The translations under genes were made by a program, and so were the position numbers. A DNA stretch of 64,000 bases from Gammaproteobacteria bacterium (GTDB lineage: Bacteria > Pseudomonadota > Gammaproteobacteria > Steroidobacterales > JACDCP01): the NCBI GenBank assembly GCA_035524935.1, contig DATLFD010000050.1:19980-83979 (forward strand). The letters run 5' to 3'. Positions 10,219-20,349 of the stretch are shown here, piece after piece. The notes beneath the pieces were generated by a model. That model did no database searches. It had not been told where the DNA came from and was given only the letters and a program-made list of their open reading frames with translations. Position 1 is the first letter of the stretch; the number at the start of each line of letters is the position of its first letter.

Positions 10219-11619
10219 ATGCGCAGGCTGTCCGGTTTCATCAGTTGCGGCCTTCTCGCCCTCGCCACGGCTGCCGCGCAGGCGCGGGAAACACCTCCGC
10301 AAGGCGGCGAGCCGAAGGATTTCGAGCTGCCCCGCAAGGAGACGCTCGCGCTCGACAACGGGCTTGCGGCCACGTTCGTGCCGTTCGGAGAAGTGCCGAA
10401 AGTCACGGTCAGCGTGGTCGTTCGCACGGGCAACCTCAATGAGGGCGACCGCACCTGGCTCGCTGACCTGAGCGGCGAGCTCATGAAGGAAGGCACCGCC
10501 ACGCGCAGCGCGCAGGAAATCGCGACGGAGGCCGCCGATATGGGCGGCAGCGTCGGCGTCGGCGTCAGTGGCGAGCAGACCTCGATCACGGCCGACGTGC
10601 TGTCCGAATACGGCCCGCAGGCGGTTGCGCTCGTCGCCGACGTCGTGCGCAGGCCGCGCTTCCCGGAATCGGAGTTGCAGCGCATCCGTGGCGATCTCCT
10701 GCGCAGCCTGAGCGTCGCACGCTCACAGCCGCAGAGCCAGGCAAGCGAGGCATTCCACCGCATGCTCTACGGCGCGCATGCTTTCGGCAGGGTTTTCCCC
10801 ACCGAGGAACGGCTTGCTTCGTACACTATCGAAGACGTGCGGGCCTACTATTCGGGAAACTTCGGCGCGCAGCGCACGCATGTATACGTGGCCGGCAATT
10901 TCGATGCCGACGCGATGGCAGCCGCTGTTAGAGACGCCTTCGCAGACTGGTACACCGGACCGGAACCCCATATCGACGTGCCGGGCCGGCATCGGGGCGA
11001 ACGTACCGCATTCATCGATCGCGACGGCGCGCCGCAGTCGACGGTGTTCGTCGGCCAGAGAGTCGTGCATCCGGCCGAGGCGGACTATATCCCGATGGTG
11101 GTGATGAACACCCTGCTCGGCGGCTCGTTTGCCTCCCGCATCACCCGCAATCTGCGCGAGGACAAGGGCTATACCTACTCGCCTAGCAGCGGGATCTCGG
11201 CGCATTATCGCGACGCTTACTGGCTGCTGACGGCCGACGTGACCACGGAAGTGACCGGCCCCGCGCTCGAGGAAATCTTCGCCGAAATCCGCCGCTTGCA
11301 GTCCGAGCCGCCTTCGGTGCAGGAGCTCGACGGCATCAAGGCCTATCGAACGGGCATCTTCGTGCTGGGCAATGCCACGCGAGGCAGCCTCATCGGCCAG
11401 ATGGCGTTCCTCGACCTGCATGGTCTCGACGAAAGCTTTCTGACGAACTATCTGAGCAACGTGCATGCTGTGACGCCCGCGCAGGTCAGCGACATCGCGA
11501 GGCGCCGGCTGCCGGTCGACGGAATGCACGTAGTGATCGTCGGCGATCTCGACCGGATCGAGGACCAGCTCGCGGAACTGCCGGCGCTGACGGGAACCGC
11601 TCCCGAAGTGGCCGAATGA
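10219..11619 (+). CDS. M16 peptidase non-catalytic partner subunit, exported
   Basis: No HxxEH; LGGSFASRITRNLREDKGYTY motif; signal peptide ending AQA; GGAGG RBS (alternative ATG 10213). Confidence 0.88.
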   Translation: MRRLSGFISCGLLALATAAAQARETPPQGGEPKDFELPRKETLALDNGLAATFVPFGEVPKVTVSVVVRTGNLNEGDRTWLADLSGELMKEGTATRSAQEIATEAADMGGSVGVGVSGEQTSITADVLSEYGPQAVALVADVVRRPRFPESELQRIRGDLLRSLSVARSQPQSQASEAFHRMLYGAHAFGRVFPTEERLASYTIEDVRAYYSGNFGAQRTHVYVAGNFDADAMAAAVRDAFADWYTGPEPHIDVPGRHRGERTAFIDRDGAPQSTVFVGQRVVHPAEADYIPMVVMNTLLGGSFASRITRNLREDKGYTYSPSSGISAHYRDAYWLLTADVTTEVTGPALEEIFAEIRRLQSEPPSVQELDGIKAYRTGIFVLGNATRGSLIGQMAFLDLHGLDESFLTNYLSNVHAVTPAQVSDIARRRLPVDGMHVVIVGDLDRIEDQLAELPALTGTAPEVAE

Positions 11620-11725
11620 AATCGGCCCTGCGCTCTAAATCGTAGGGCGGGTTTCAACCTACCCGCCATTCGCAGCCGACGAGTCGTAGGGCGGTTTCAA
11701 CCCGCCATTCGCAGCCGACGAATCG
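11610..11725. repeat. REP cluster: one degenerate reversed REP over the stop codon plus two tandem GTAG REP units
   Basis: GGCCGAATGAAATCGGCCCTGC 11610-11631; GTAGGGCGG(G)TTTCAA..CCCGCCATTCGCAGCCGACGA at 11642 and 11686. Confidence 0.85.
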
Positions 11726-11778
11726 TTGGCGCCTGTCAACGCCTCGTTCGAGAAAACCCGGCTGCTACAATGCGCGGC

Positions 11779-13377
11779 ATGCCCGAGCGTGAGCGCATGC
11801 AATACGATGTGGCCGTCGTCGGCGCCGGGCCGGCCGGCCTCGCCTGCGCGATACGCCTCAAGCAGCTCGACACCGCGCGCACCGTCTGCGTGCTCGAAAA
11901 GGGCGCTGCGATCGGCGCCCATGCCCTGTCCGGCGCAGTCATGCAGCCGGACGCTCTCGACGCGCTGCTGCCCGCCTGGCGTGACAGCAGGCCCGAAATC
12001 TGCGTGCCGGCGGGCCGGGACGAGTTCCTTTACCTGACGCCGAGGCGGCGCGTGCGGCTGCCGACGCCGCCGCAGATGAAGAACCGCGGCAATTTCGTCA
12101 TTTCCCAGGGTCAACTGTGCCGCTGGCTCGGTGAACAGGCCGAGTCGCTCGGCGTACATGTCTTTGCCGGCTTCGCCGCCGCACGCACGCTGTTCGACGA
12201 AAGGGGCGCCGTCGCCGGTGTCGGCACCGGCGACATGGGCCGCGAGCGGGACGGCACGCCCGGCCCGAACTTCGCGGCGGGGGTGGACATCCAGGCCGCG
12301 GTCACGGTGCTCGCCGAAGGCTGCCGCGGCAGCCTGACCAAAGCTCTCATCGCGAGCTTCAGGTTGGACGAGGGCCGCAGTCCGGCCACCTACGGTCTCG
12401 GTCTCAAGGAGCTCTGGCAGCTTCCCGCCGGCCGCGTCGAGCCGGGGCTCGTGCAGCACACCATCGGCTGGCCGCTCGACAACCGCACTTATGGCGGGAG
12501 TTTCGTCTATCACCTGAACGGCGACCGCGTCTATGTCGGCTTTGTGGTCGGGCTCGATTACGAGGACCCTCACTTCCGGCCTTTCGAGGCCTTTCAGCAG
12601 TTCAAGCACCACCCGAGCATCCGAGGGCTGCTCGAAGGCGGAGAGATCGTCTCCGGCGGCGCACGCTGCCTGAGCGAGGGCGGGCATCAGAGCGCACCGC
12701 GCCGCGACATGCCGGGGGCGCTCATCGTCGGCGACGCCGGCACCACGCTCAATGTGCCCAAGATCAAGGGTATCCACCTCGCGCTCCGTTCCGGCATGCT
12801 GGCCGCCGAGCATATCGTCGAGACCGGCACCAGCGACGGATTCGACGCACGCTTTCGCGCATCGCCGGCGGGCGCCGAGCTCCACAAGGTGCGCAACATC
12901 CGCCCCGGTTTCCGCTGGGGACTCTGGCCGGGCGTCGCGAATGCCGCGCTCGAGACGGTGACCTTCGGCAGGCTGCCCTGGACATTGCGTAACCGCGCCG
13001 ACTGGTCGAGTCTGCGAAGGGTCACGGAATATGACTCTCCGGAGCGGCACTGGCAGGAGCGCGTCCTGCCGCCGCGGGACCGGCTCGCATCGGTCTACTT
13101 CGCAGCGACCGCGCACGACGAGAACCAGCCGAATCATCTGCACATTCTCGACCCCGAAATCTGCATTTCCCGCTGCACCGAAGAGCACGGCAATCCCTGC
13201 ACGCGATTCTGCCCCGCGGCCGTCTACGAGATGGTCGAGGATGCCGCGGGGCGGCGACTGCAGATCAATTCGGCAAACTGTGTGCACTGCAAGGCCTGCG
13301 ACATCAAGGATCCTTACGAGATCATCAACTGGGTGACGCCGGACGGCGGCTCGGGCCCGAACTACCAGGGACTTTAG
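11779..13377 (+). CDS. Electron transfer flavoprotein-ubiquinone oxidoreductase
   Basis: VGAGPAGLA, LNVPKIKGIH, C-terminal Fe-S motifs CPAAVYE and NCVHCKACDIKDP; start could be 11770. Confidence 0.93.
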   Translation: MPERERMQYDVAVVGAGPAGLACAIRLKQLDTARTVCVLEKGAAIGAHALSGAVMQPDALDALLPAWRDSRPEICVPAGRDEFLYLTPRRRVRLPTPPQMKNRGNFVISQGQLCRWLGEQAESLGVHVFAGFAAARTLFDERGAVAGVGTGDMGRERDGTPGPNFAAGVDIQAAVTVLAEGCRGSLTKALIASFRLDEGRSPATYGLGLKELWQLPAGRVEPGLVQHTIGWPLDNRTYGGSFVYHLNGDRVYVGFVVGLDYEDPHFRPFEAFQQFKHHPSIRGLLEGGEIVSGGARCLSEGGHQSAPRRDMPGALIVGDAGTTLNVPKIKGIHLALRSGMLAAEHIVETGTSDGFDARFRASPAGAELHKVRNIRPGFRWGLWPGVANAALETVTFGRLPWTLRNRADWSSLRRVTEYDSPERHWQERVLPPRDRLASVYFAATAHDENQPNHLHILDPEICISRCTEEHGNPCTRFCPAAVYEMVEDAAGRRLQINSANCVHCKACDIKDPYEIINWVTPDGGSGPNYQGL

Positions 13378-13452
13378 AAAAAAAAACCTCTGGTAAACTT
13401 CGTTTCCGCCACCCCGTCACGAATGGTGCGGAACTTCCCCGGAAAAGCGGCC

Positions 13453-14166
13453 ATGTCGGGTTTCTATAAAGTCGTCGACAGCTACGAGGAGGCGCTCGCC
13501 GGCCTCGAGGACAACATGACGGTCATGGCCGGCGGCTTCGGCCTGTGCGGCATACCGGAGGGGCTCATCGCACGCGTGCGCGACATGGGCGTCAAAGGCC
13601 TGACCTGCATCTCCAACAATGCGGGGGTCGACGGCTTCGGCCTGGGGCTGTGGCTCGAGCAACGCCAGATCAGGACCATGATCGCCTCGTACGTCGGCGA
13701 AAACCGCCTGTTCGAGCAACTGTTCCTGTCCGGCGAAATGGAGGTGATCCTGACCCCGCAGGGTACGCTCGCAGAGAAGATTCGCGCCGGCGGGGCCGGT
13801 ATCCCCGCCTTCTTCACCGCGACCGGCTACGGCACCGCGGTCGCCGAGGGCAAGGAGACTCGCGAGATCGACGGGCGCCACTACGTACTCGAGCGGTCAC
13901 TGACCGCGGACTTCTCGCTGGTCAAGGCCTGGAAGGCAGATACGATGGGCAATCTGATCTACCGAAAAACGGCTATGAACTTCAATCCAATGATTGCGAC
14001 CGCGGGCAGGATCACCGTCGCCGAGGTCGAGGAGATCGTCGAGCCGGGCGAGCTCGATCCGAATTTCATTCACACGCCGGGCATATTCGTGAACCGCGTC
14101 ATCAAGGGGCACTTCGAGAAGCGGATCGAGCAACGGACGGTCCATCAGCCACAGGCGGACGCCTGA
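13453..14166 (+). CDS. scoA: 3-oxoacid CoA-transferase subunit A
   Basis: [34 protein letters not shown]. Confidence 0.93.
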   Translation: MSGFYKVVDSYEEALAGLEDNMTVMAGGFGLCGIPEGLIARVRDMGVKGLTCISNNAGVDGFGLGLWLEQRQIRTMIASYVGENRLFEQLFLSGEMEVILTPQGTLAEKIRAGGAGIPAFFTATGYGTAVAEGKETREIDGRHYVLERSLTADFSLVKAWKADTMGNLIYRKTAMNFNPMIATAGRITVAEVEEIVEPGELDPNFIHTPGIFVNRVIKGHFEKRIEQRTVHQPQADA

Positions 14167-14168
14167 AA

Positions 14169-14825
14169 ATGGCGCTCGACCGCAATCAGATGGCCCGCCG
14201 CATCGCCCAGGAGCTCGAGGACGGTTTCTACGTGAACCTCGGGATCGGCATGCCGACCCTCGTGGCCAACCACATACCGGAAGGAGTGGAGGTCATGCTG
14301 CAATCCGAGAACGGGTTGCTCGGCATGGGCCGGTTCCCGACCGAGGAAGAAGTCGATCCGGACCTCATCAATGCCGGCAAGCAGACCGTGACGGCGGTGA
14401 CCGGCGCGGCCTTCTTCAACTCGGCGGACAGCTTCGCAATGATCCGCGGCGCGCACGTGAACCTGACGGTGCTCGGCGCATTCGAGGTCGACCAGCAGGG
14501 AAATATCGCCTCGTGGATGGTGCCCGGCAAGCTCGTGAAGGGCATGGGCGGCGCCATGGACCTCGTGGCCGGCGCGGAAAACATCATCGTAATGATGATG
14601 CACGCCGGCAAGGACGGCTCCTCCAAGCTGCTCGAGAAATGCACGTTGCCGCTCACCGGCGTCGCGTGCATCAAACGCGTGGTGACGGACCTCGCCTATC
14701 TCGAGATCCGCGATGGAGCATTTCATCTCGTGCAGCGCGCGCCCGGTGTCAGCCTCGAGGAAATCAGGGCGAAGACGGCCGGCAGGCTCGTCGTGCCGCA
14801 GCAGGTGCCGGAGATGACCTTCTGA
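14169..14825 (+). CDS. scoB: 3-oxoacid CoA-transferase subunit B
   Basis: VNLGIGMPT, catalytic [13 protein letters not shown]. Confidence 0.93.
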   Translation: MALDRNQMARRIAQELEDGFYVNLGIGMPTLVANHIPEGVEVMLQSENGLLGMGRFPTEEEVDPDLINAGKQTVTAVTGAAFFNSADSFAMIRGAHVNLTVLGAFEVDQQGNIASWMVPGKLVKGMGGAMDLVAGAENIIVMMMHAGKDGSSKLLEKCTLPLTGVACIKRVVTDLAYLEIRDGAFHLVQRAPGVSLEEIRAKTAGRLVVPQQVPEMTF

Positions 14826-15931
14826 ATGAGGGGTCGCTGCGCGAGCGTTACGCCGCCGCCCTCCAGCGACCCGGCTTCGTCGCCGACCCGGCCCAGGCAG
14901 CAGCGGTGCGCGAGCTGGAGCGCGTCACCTGCGATCTGCTCGCGCCCCGACCGGCCGGCGAACGGCTGCGACGCATCGGCCGGCGCCTCGGGCTCGCGGG
15001 GCCGGACCTCGAGCCCGCGCGCGGCCTCTATCTGTGGGGCGGCGTGGGCCGCGGCAAGACCTGGCTCATGGACATGTTCTTCGAGGCGCTGCCGTTCGAG
15101 CACAAGCGGCGCCGGCATTTTCATCGCTTCATGCAAGGCGTGCACCATGGGCTCCGGCGCGTCGCGGAGCAGGCCGACCCGCTCGAGGCCGTCGCGTCGC
15201 ATATAGCGGCCGACTCGCGCATCGTCTGTTTCGACGAGCTGTTCATCTCCGACATCGCCGATGCCATGATCCTCGGCAATCTGTTCGAGGCCCTGTTCCG
15301 CCGCGGCGTCACGCTGATCGCTACCTCGAACCTGCCGCCCGAAGCACTTTACAGGGACGGCCTGCAGCGGCAGCGTTTTCTACCGGCGATCGCCGCCATT
15401 CAGGCGCATACGAAGACGTTGCATCTGGCCGGAAATGCAGATTACCGGCTCCGCGCACTCGAAAAAGCCGAGATCTATCACTCGCCGCTCGACGGTGCGG
15501 CCGACGCCGGCCTCGAGGACGCTTTCGACCGCATCGCACCCGAGCCCGGCAAGCGCGACCACGCGCTCGCAATCGAGGGCCGCATGATTCCTGCCCGCCG
15601 CCGCGCCGACGGCGTGGTCTGGTTCGAGTTCGCGGATATCTGCGCGGGCCCGCGCGGCACGGTGGATTACATCGAAATTGCGCGTTGCTTTCAGACCGTG
15701 CTGGTGTCGAATATTCCGATACTCGGCGAGACGCTGGAGAACGAGGCGCGGCGTTTCATCGCCATGGTGGACGAATTCTATGATCGCAACGTCAAGCTGA
15801 TCGTGTCAGCCGCCACGCCTGCAACGGAGCTGTATCGCGGCGACCGGCTGGGCTTCGAGTTCGACCGCACCGTCAGCCGGCTTCACGAAATGCAGTCGCG
15901 CGAATATCTCGGGCGTCCGCATCTGCCGTGA
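14822..15931 (+). CDS. zapE: AFG1/ZapE-family ATPase (start uncertain, CTG 14822 proposed)
   Basis: Walker [15 protein letters not shown], Walker [16 protein letters not shown]. Confidence 0.88.
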   Translation: MNEGSLRERYAAALQRPGFVADPAQAAAVRELERVTCDLLAPRPAGERLRRIGRRLGLAGPDLEPARGLYLWGGVGRGKTWLMDMFFEALPFEHKRRRHFHRFMQGVHHGLRRVAEQADPLEAVASHIAADSRIVCFDELFISDIADAMILGNLFEALFRRGVTLIATSNLPPEALYRDGLQRQRFLPAIAAIQAHTKTLHLAGNADYRLRALEKAEIYHSPLDGAADAGLEDAFDRIAPEPGKRDHALAIEGRMIPARRRADGVVWFEFADICAGPRGTVDYIEIARCFQTVLVSNIPILGETLENEARRFIAMVDEFYDRNVKLIVSAATPATELYRGDRLGFEFDRTVSRLHEMQSREYLGRPHLP

Positions 15932-15939
15932 CGACGCCG

Positions 15940-18378
15940 TCAGCTTTTCGGCATCTCATGAGGAAACTCGTCCACGCGCAGCGCGGCGAGCCGTACGGCC
16001 TCGGCGTTGTGCAGGCGTTCGGCTTCGTCCTCGGTGAGAATCCCGGCGTCGACGGCATGCGCCAGCCGCTCCTCGAGCGGCGCGCGTCCCACGAGCTCGA
16101 ATTCGGCGCCGCTGCGCAGCTTTCTTTCCAGGGGCTCGACGTCGGTGACCAGGCGCAATGCGTTTTCGAGTGTCGCGAGCGGATCATCGTCGTCGGACGG
16201 CAAGTAGATGCCGGACGTCAGGTGGTCGCGTTCGGCGCAGGGCAGCATGAGCATGTCGGCGAGCAGACCGTCCAGCGCGTCGCCGGGCTTCCTGTAACGG
16301 CGCCCATAAGGAAACACCCAGCGCCTGAGCAGCCGCCCGACCCACGGACGCGGCAGATTGCCGAGCGTGGCATCGAGTGCCTCCTGCATGTTGAACAGGG
16401 CGTGGTCGAGGGCCCACTCGACCAGCGGCCGGTCACGCTCGTCGCGCCCGTCGTCGTGAAAGCGCTTGACCACGGCAACGGCGAGAAACATCTCACTCAG
16501 CACGTCGGCCATGCGGCCCGAGATGCGGCCGTGCGCCTTGAAATTGTGCTGGAGCTCGATCAGCAGAATGTCGGTGATGAACGCAAATGCCGCACTCATG
16601 TGGGACAGACGCCGGAACTGGCGACGCAGCCTCCAGAGTCGCGCGGGAGTGCGCGCGACGAGCCCGTTGGAGAGCCCGAGCGCCAGCGTGCGCGTCGCAT
16701 TGCTGAGCATGAAGCCGACGTGCTTTACGTACACGCCGTCGAATGCCTCCGCGGCATCGGGCCGGGACAACGCCTCGATTTCGCTGCGCAGGTACCGGTG
16801 TCCGCGGAGCACGCCCTGCCCGAAAACGATGAGGGTGCGGGTGAGGATATTGGAGCCTTCCACTGTGACGCCCAGCGGGGGGAACTTGCTGTACTCGCCG
16901 ATGATGTTGCTCGGCCCCAGGCAGACGCCGGCGCCGGCGTGCACGTCCATCGCGTCAGTCAAGGCCTCGCGGCAGCGTGCGGTCGCGGCGTATTTCGCGG
17001 CGGCGGCCGCGACCGCGGGACGGTGGCCGGCCGCCAGGGCGACGAGCATGAGGCGGCGCAGCGCATCGAGCACGTAAGCATGACCGGCGATGCGCGCGAG
17101 GCATGCCTGCACGCCTTCGAAGCGTCCGATCGGCGACTTGAACTGGTATCGAATCCGCGCGTAGGCACCCGTGACCCGTGCCGCCACCTTGGCCGATGCC
17201 GCGCAGAGCGTCGGCATGGACACCGCGCGTCCTTCGGTCAGCGTCTCGACGAGCATGTGCCAGCCCCGGCCTATGCCGTCGCTGCCACCGATGACGTCGT
17301 CGAGCGGCACGAACACGTCCTTGCCGCGCAACGGTCCGGTGGGCACGCCGACCTGCATGGGATCGTGGCACGCGCCCCGCGCCACCCCAGGCGCATCCGC
17401 GCGCACGAGGGCGAGCGTGATGCCGCGCTTGACCTCTCCGCCGAGCAGCCCGTCCGGGTCGAAGACCTTGAACGCGACCGCGCTCAGGGTCGCGACCGGC
17501 GCCAGCGTGATGTAGCGCTTGTCGAAGTCGAGCCGGATGCCGAGCACCTCCGAGCCGTCGCCCGGATCGCCGCGGCAGACGCGGCCGGAATCGCGCATGG
17601 AGGCGGCATCGCTTCCCGACTCCGGCCCCGTCAGCGCGAGACAGGGCAATTCCCGGCCCGAGGCGAGGGCCGGCAGCCAGCGCTCCTTCTGCTGCGCGGT
17701 GCCGTAGCGCATGAGGAGCCTCGCAGGCCCCGCCGTATTCGGGATCATGACCACGACGGCGGCGGCGATGCTGCGCGTCGCGATCTTCTGCACGACCGCC
17801 GATAGCCCCTGGGGACTGAAGCCGCGGCCGCCGCGCTCGGGCGGGATGATCAAACCGAGGTAACGCTCATCCCGCAGATGCGTCCACACGTCGGTCGGCA
17901 AATCACCGGCGCGGTTGATTTCATAATCATCGAGCATGGCGCACAGGCGTTCGACCGGGCCCGACAGGAACTCGCGCTCGGCCGGCGCCAGCTCGGGCAA
18001 CTTGATCCTGAGCAACCGCTGCCAGACCGGACGGCCGCTGAAGAAGGCCCGCTCCCACCACACGGTGCCGGCCTCGAGCGCTGCGCGCTCCGTTTCGGAA
18101 AGCGGCGGCAGGTGATCGCGGTAGGCGCGCAGCGCCCGCTCCGACAACAACGGTCTGCGGACGGCGGGCAGCAGGAGGACGGCGGCCGCCGCGAGAAAGC
18201 ACAGCCACACCGAGACCTTGGACACCCATGACACTTCGGCATACACGGAGAATGCCGCGAGCAGCACCGCGACGAGCGCGACGCCGATGAGTCGCGGCAC
18301 GCGCAGGTACAGCAACGCGAGCAGCACGGCGACCAGCAGCGGCCACCAGAACAGGCCGGAGGCGACGATTTCCGACAA
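15940..18378 (-). CDS. fadE: Membrane-anchored long acyl-CoA dehydrogenase (FadE type)
   Basis: N-terminal hydrophobic segments, ALEAGTVWWE, ALTGPESGSDA, KRYITLAPVAT, TVEGSNILTR; TTG start. Confidence 0.88.
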   Translation of the reverse strand: MSEIVASGLFWWPLLVAVLLALLYLRVPRLIGVALVAVLLAAFSVYAEVSWVSKVSVWLCFLAAAAVLLLPAVRRPLLSERALRAYRDHLPPLSETERAALEAGTVWWERAFFSGRPVWQRLLRIKLPELAPAEREFLSGPVERLCAMLDDYEINRAGDLPTDVWTHLRDERYLGLIIPPERGGRGFSPQGLSAVVQKIATRSIAAAVVVMIPNTAGPARLLMRYGTAQQKERWLPALASGRELPCLALTGPESGSDAASMRDSGRVCRGDPGDGSEVLGIRLDFDKRYITLAPVATLSAVAFKVFDPDGLLGGEVKRGITLALVRADAPGVARGACHDPMQVGVPTGPLRGKDVFVPLDDVIGGSDGIGRGWHMLVETLTEGRAVSMPTLCAASAKVAARVTGAYARIRYQFKSPIGRFEGVQACLARIAGHAYVLDALRRLMLVALAAGHRPAVAAAAAKYAATARCREALTDAMDVHAGAGVCLGPSNIIGEYSKFPPLGVTVEGSNILTRTLIVFGQGVLRGHRYLRSEIEALSRPDAAEAFDGVYVKHVGFMLSNATRTLALGLSNGLVARTPARLWRLRRQFRRLSHMSAAFAFITDILLIELQHNFKAHGRISGRMADVLSEMFLAVAVVKRFHDDGRDERDRPLVEWALDHALFNMQEALDATLGNLPRPWVGRLLRRWVFPYGRRYRKPGDALDGLLADMLMLPCAERDHLTSGIYLPSDDDDPLATLENALRLVTDVEPLERKLRSGAEFELVGRAPLEERLAHAVDAGILTEDEAERLHNAEAVRLAALRVDEFPHEMPKS

Positions 18379-18440
18379 GGCGGTCTCCCCGTTCTTTACC
18401 GGCTACGATACCGCAAACGGGGAACGCCGTCGGGCGCGAA

Positions 18441-18551
18441 GAAATGGAGAAATGGGGAGAAATGGGGACATTCCTGATTTCCGAGAAATGGGGACATTCC
18501 TGATTTCCGGGACGGAAATCAGGAATGTCCCCATTTCTCCCCCATTTCTCC
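18441..18551. repeat. GGGGACATTCCTGATTT-family composite element (two direct + one inverted 26-bp copy)
   Basis: GAGAAATGGGGACATTCCTGATTTCC at 18457-18482 and 18483-18508, reverse complement at 18514-18539, partial GAAATGGGGA repeats on the flanks. Confidence 0.92.
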
Positions 18552-19199
18552 CTACTCTGCGTCGGGCTGGCGCTCGGGTGCGGCGCGCTCGAAGGCGTCG
18601 AGCTCGCGGCAGGCTGCCGCGATGCGGCAAATGACCGGATAGGCGCGCAGGTCGCAGGCGTAACGCTCGGCGTTGTAGACCTGCGGCAGCAGGCACACGT
18701 CGGCGAGACCCGGCGCGTCGCCGTGGCAGAAACGGCCGGTCGCCTCGTCTCCGGAAAGGAGCGCCTCGAGCGCCGCGAACCCTGTTGCCAGCCAGTGCCG
18801 ATACCAGGCATCACGCGCAGCCTGGTCTGCACCGAGCTCGTGCTTGAGGTACATGAGCACGCGCAAGTTGTTGAGCGGCTGGATCTCGCCGGCGATCAGC
18901 TGCGCGAGCGCACGCACGCGCGCGCGCCCCGGGGGCGTGGCCGGCAGCAGTGGCGGCAAGGGCTCGAACTCGTCCAGATACTCGACGATGGCGAGAGACT
19001 GGATGAAACGCCGGTCATCGTGCTCCAGCACCGGCACCAGCCCCTGCGGATTTCGCGCGAGATGCTCCGGCCGGTGCTGCTCGCCGCCGTCGCGCAACAG
19101 GTGCACGGGAACGATCTCGTGCTCCAGCCCCTTGAGGTTCAGCGCGATGCGAACGCGATACGCGGAGGAGCTGCGCCAGTACGAGTAAAGCCGCAGCAT
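18552..19199 (-). CDS. maiA: Maleylacetoacetate isomerase (GST zeta class)
   Basis: YSYWRSSSAYRVRIALNLKG, NPQGLVP, IQPLNNLRVL. Confidence 0.95.
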   Translation of the reverse strand: MLRLYSYWRSSSAYRVRIALNLKGLEHEIVPVHLLRDGGEQHRPEHLARNPQGLVPVLEHDDRRFIQSLAIVEYLDEFEPLPPLLPATPPGRARVRALAQLIAGEIQPLNNLRVLMYLKHELGADQAARDAWYRHWLATGFAALEALLSGDEATGRFCHGDAPGLADVCLLPQVYNAERYACDLRAYPVICRIAAACRELDAFERAAPERQPDAE

Positions 19200-19203
19200 G
19201 CGC

Positions 19204-20325
19204 TCAGGGTTTCCACGACTCCACGTAGCCGTCCCACTCCACGGATTCCGCGGCCTCGCCGACTTCGAGGGCGTCGCGGCTGTCCATCATAACCGCCACC
19301 TCGTTGGTGGCAGGCGCGCCCTGCTTGAGCATGTTTCGGAGAGCCTTCGGGTGCGGGCCGTGCGTGAAGCCGCAGGGATGCACGGTGATCATCCCGGGAT
19401 GGATGTTGTCGCGGGAAAAAAACTCGCCGCGATGATAGAAGATCACCTCGTCGAAGTCGTCGTTGCTGTGAAAGAACGGCACCTTGAGCGCACCCTCGTC
19501 GCTCTCGAACGGGCGCGGCACGAACGTGCAAACCACGAATCGACCGGCGAGGAACGTGGTGTGCGCCGACGGCGGCAGGTGATAGCGATGGCTCATGAGC
19601 GGCCGCAGGTCGCGCCAGTTGATGCGCACGGGCAGCAGCGTGCCGTGCCAGCCGACCGCGTCCAGCGGGTTGTAGGGATAAGTGATGCGCGTGATGGCGC
19701 CGCGCCGCTTGACCTCGATGCGCCATTCATCGTCGGTCTGCTGCGCCGCGAAGGCCTCGTCGATCGCGGGCACGTCGAGCATGGCCTCGTCGAAGATCGC
19801 ATGCGGGCCGGCGAGCCCTTTGTCCGGCAGCCGGTAGCTGTCGTTGGTCGCCTCGATGAGCAGCGCCCGGACCGGTCCGCGGCCCTCGATGCGCCAGAGC
19901 GTGCCGCGCGGCAGCAGGATGTAGTCGCCGTCGCGAATCTCGAGGTGACCGTAGTCGCAATAGAGGTCGCCGCTGCCTTCGTGTATGAAAATGAGCTCGT
20001 CGCCGTCGCTGTTGCGCGCCAGCGCCGGCATGGCGCCCTCGAGCGTCCAGTAGCGAAACTTGACGTGTGGATTTGACAGGAGGAGCGGCGCGTCCCAGGG
20101 CGATGCGCCGGATCCGCCGAGCCGGGTCGTATCGAACGCGCGCGGCTTGAGCGGGCCCTCGAAGCTCGACCAGCCGGTCGGCGGGCGCTTGTGATACATG
20201 TGCGTGGCGGGACCGAAGAAACCTTCCTTGCCGAGCTCGCGCTCGAAAGTGCCTTCCGGCAGGTCGGCATGGGCCTGCCGCGAAGCGCGGCCCTCAACGC
20301 GTGGAAACGAAATCCATTTCTTCAT
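19204..20325 (-). CDS. hmgA: Homogentisate 1,2-dioxygenase (short type)
   Basis: RNSDGDE, YHLPPSAH, VPFFHSNDDFDEV, FTHGPHP; lies between hppD and maiA. Confidence 0.9.
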   Translation of the reverse strand: MKKWISFPRVEGRASRQAHADLPEGTFERELGKEGFFGPATHMYHKRPPTGWSSFEGPLKPRAFDTTRLGGSGASPWDAPLLLSNPHVKFRYWTLEGAMPALARNSDGDELIFIHEGSGDLYCDYGHLEIRDGDYILLPRGTLWRIEGRGPVRALLIEATNDSYRLPDKGLAGPHAIFDEAMLDVPAIDEAFAAQQTDDEWRIEVKRRGAITRITYPYNPLDAVGWHGTLLPVRINWRDLRPLMSHRYHLPPSAHTTFLAGRFVVCTFVPRPFESDEGALKVPFFHSNDDFDEVIFYHRGEFFSRDNIHPGMITVHPCGFTHGPHPKALRNMLKQGAPATNEVAVMMDSRDALEVGEAAESVEWDGYVESWKP

Positions 20326-20349
20326 GCCGGATCGAGTCCCGAACCCAAG

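Noticed and set aside
13378..13386. A9 tract after the ETF-QO stop
   Set aside because: No associated hairpin or evident function
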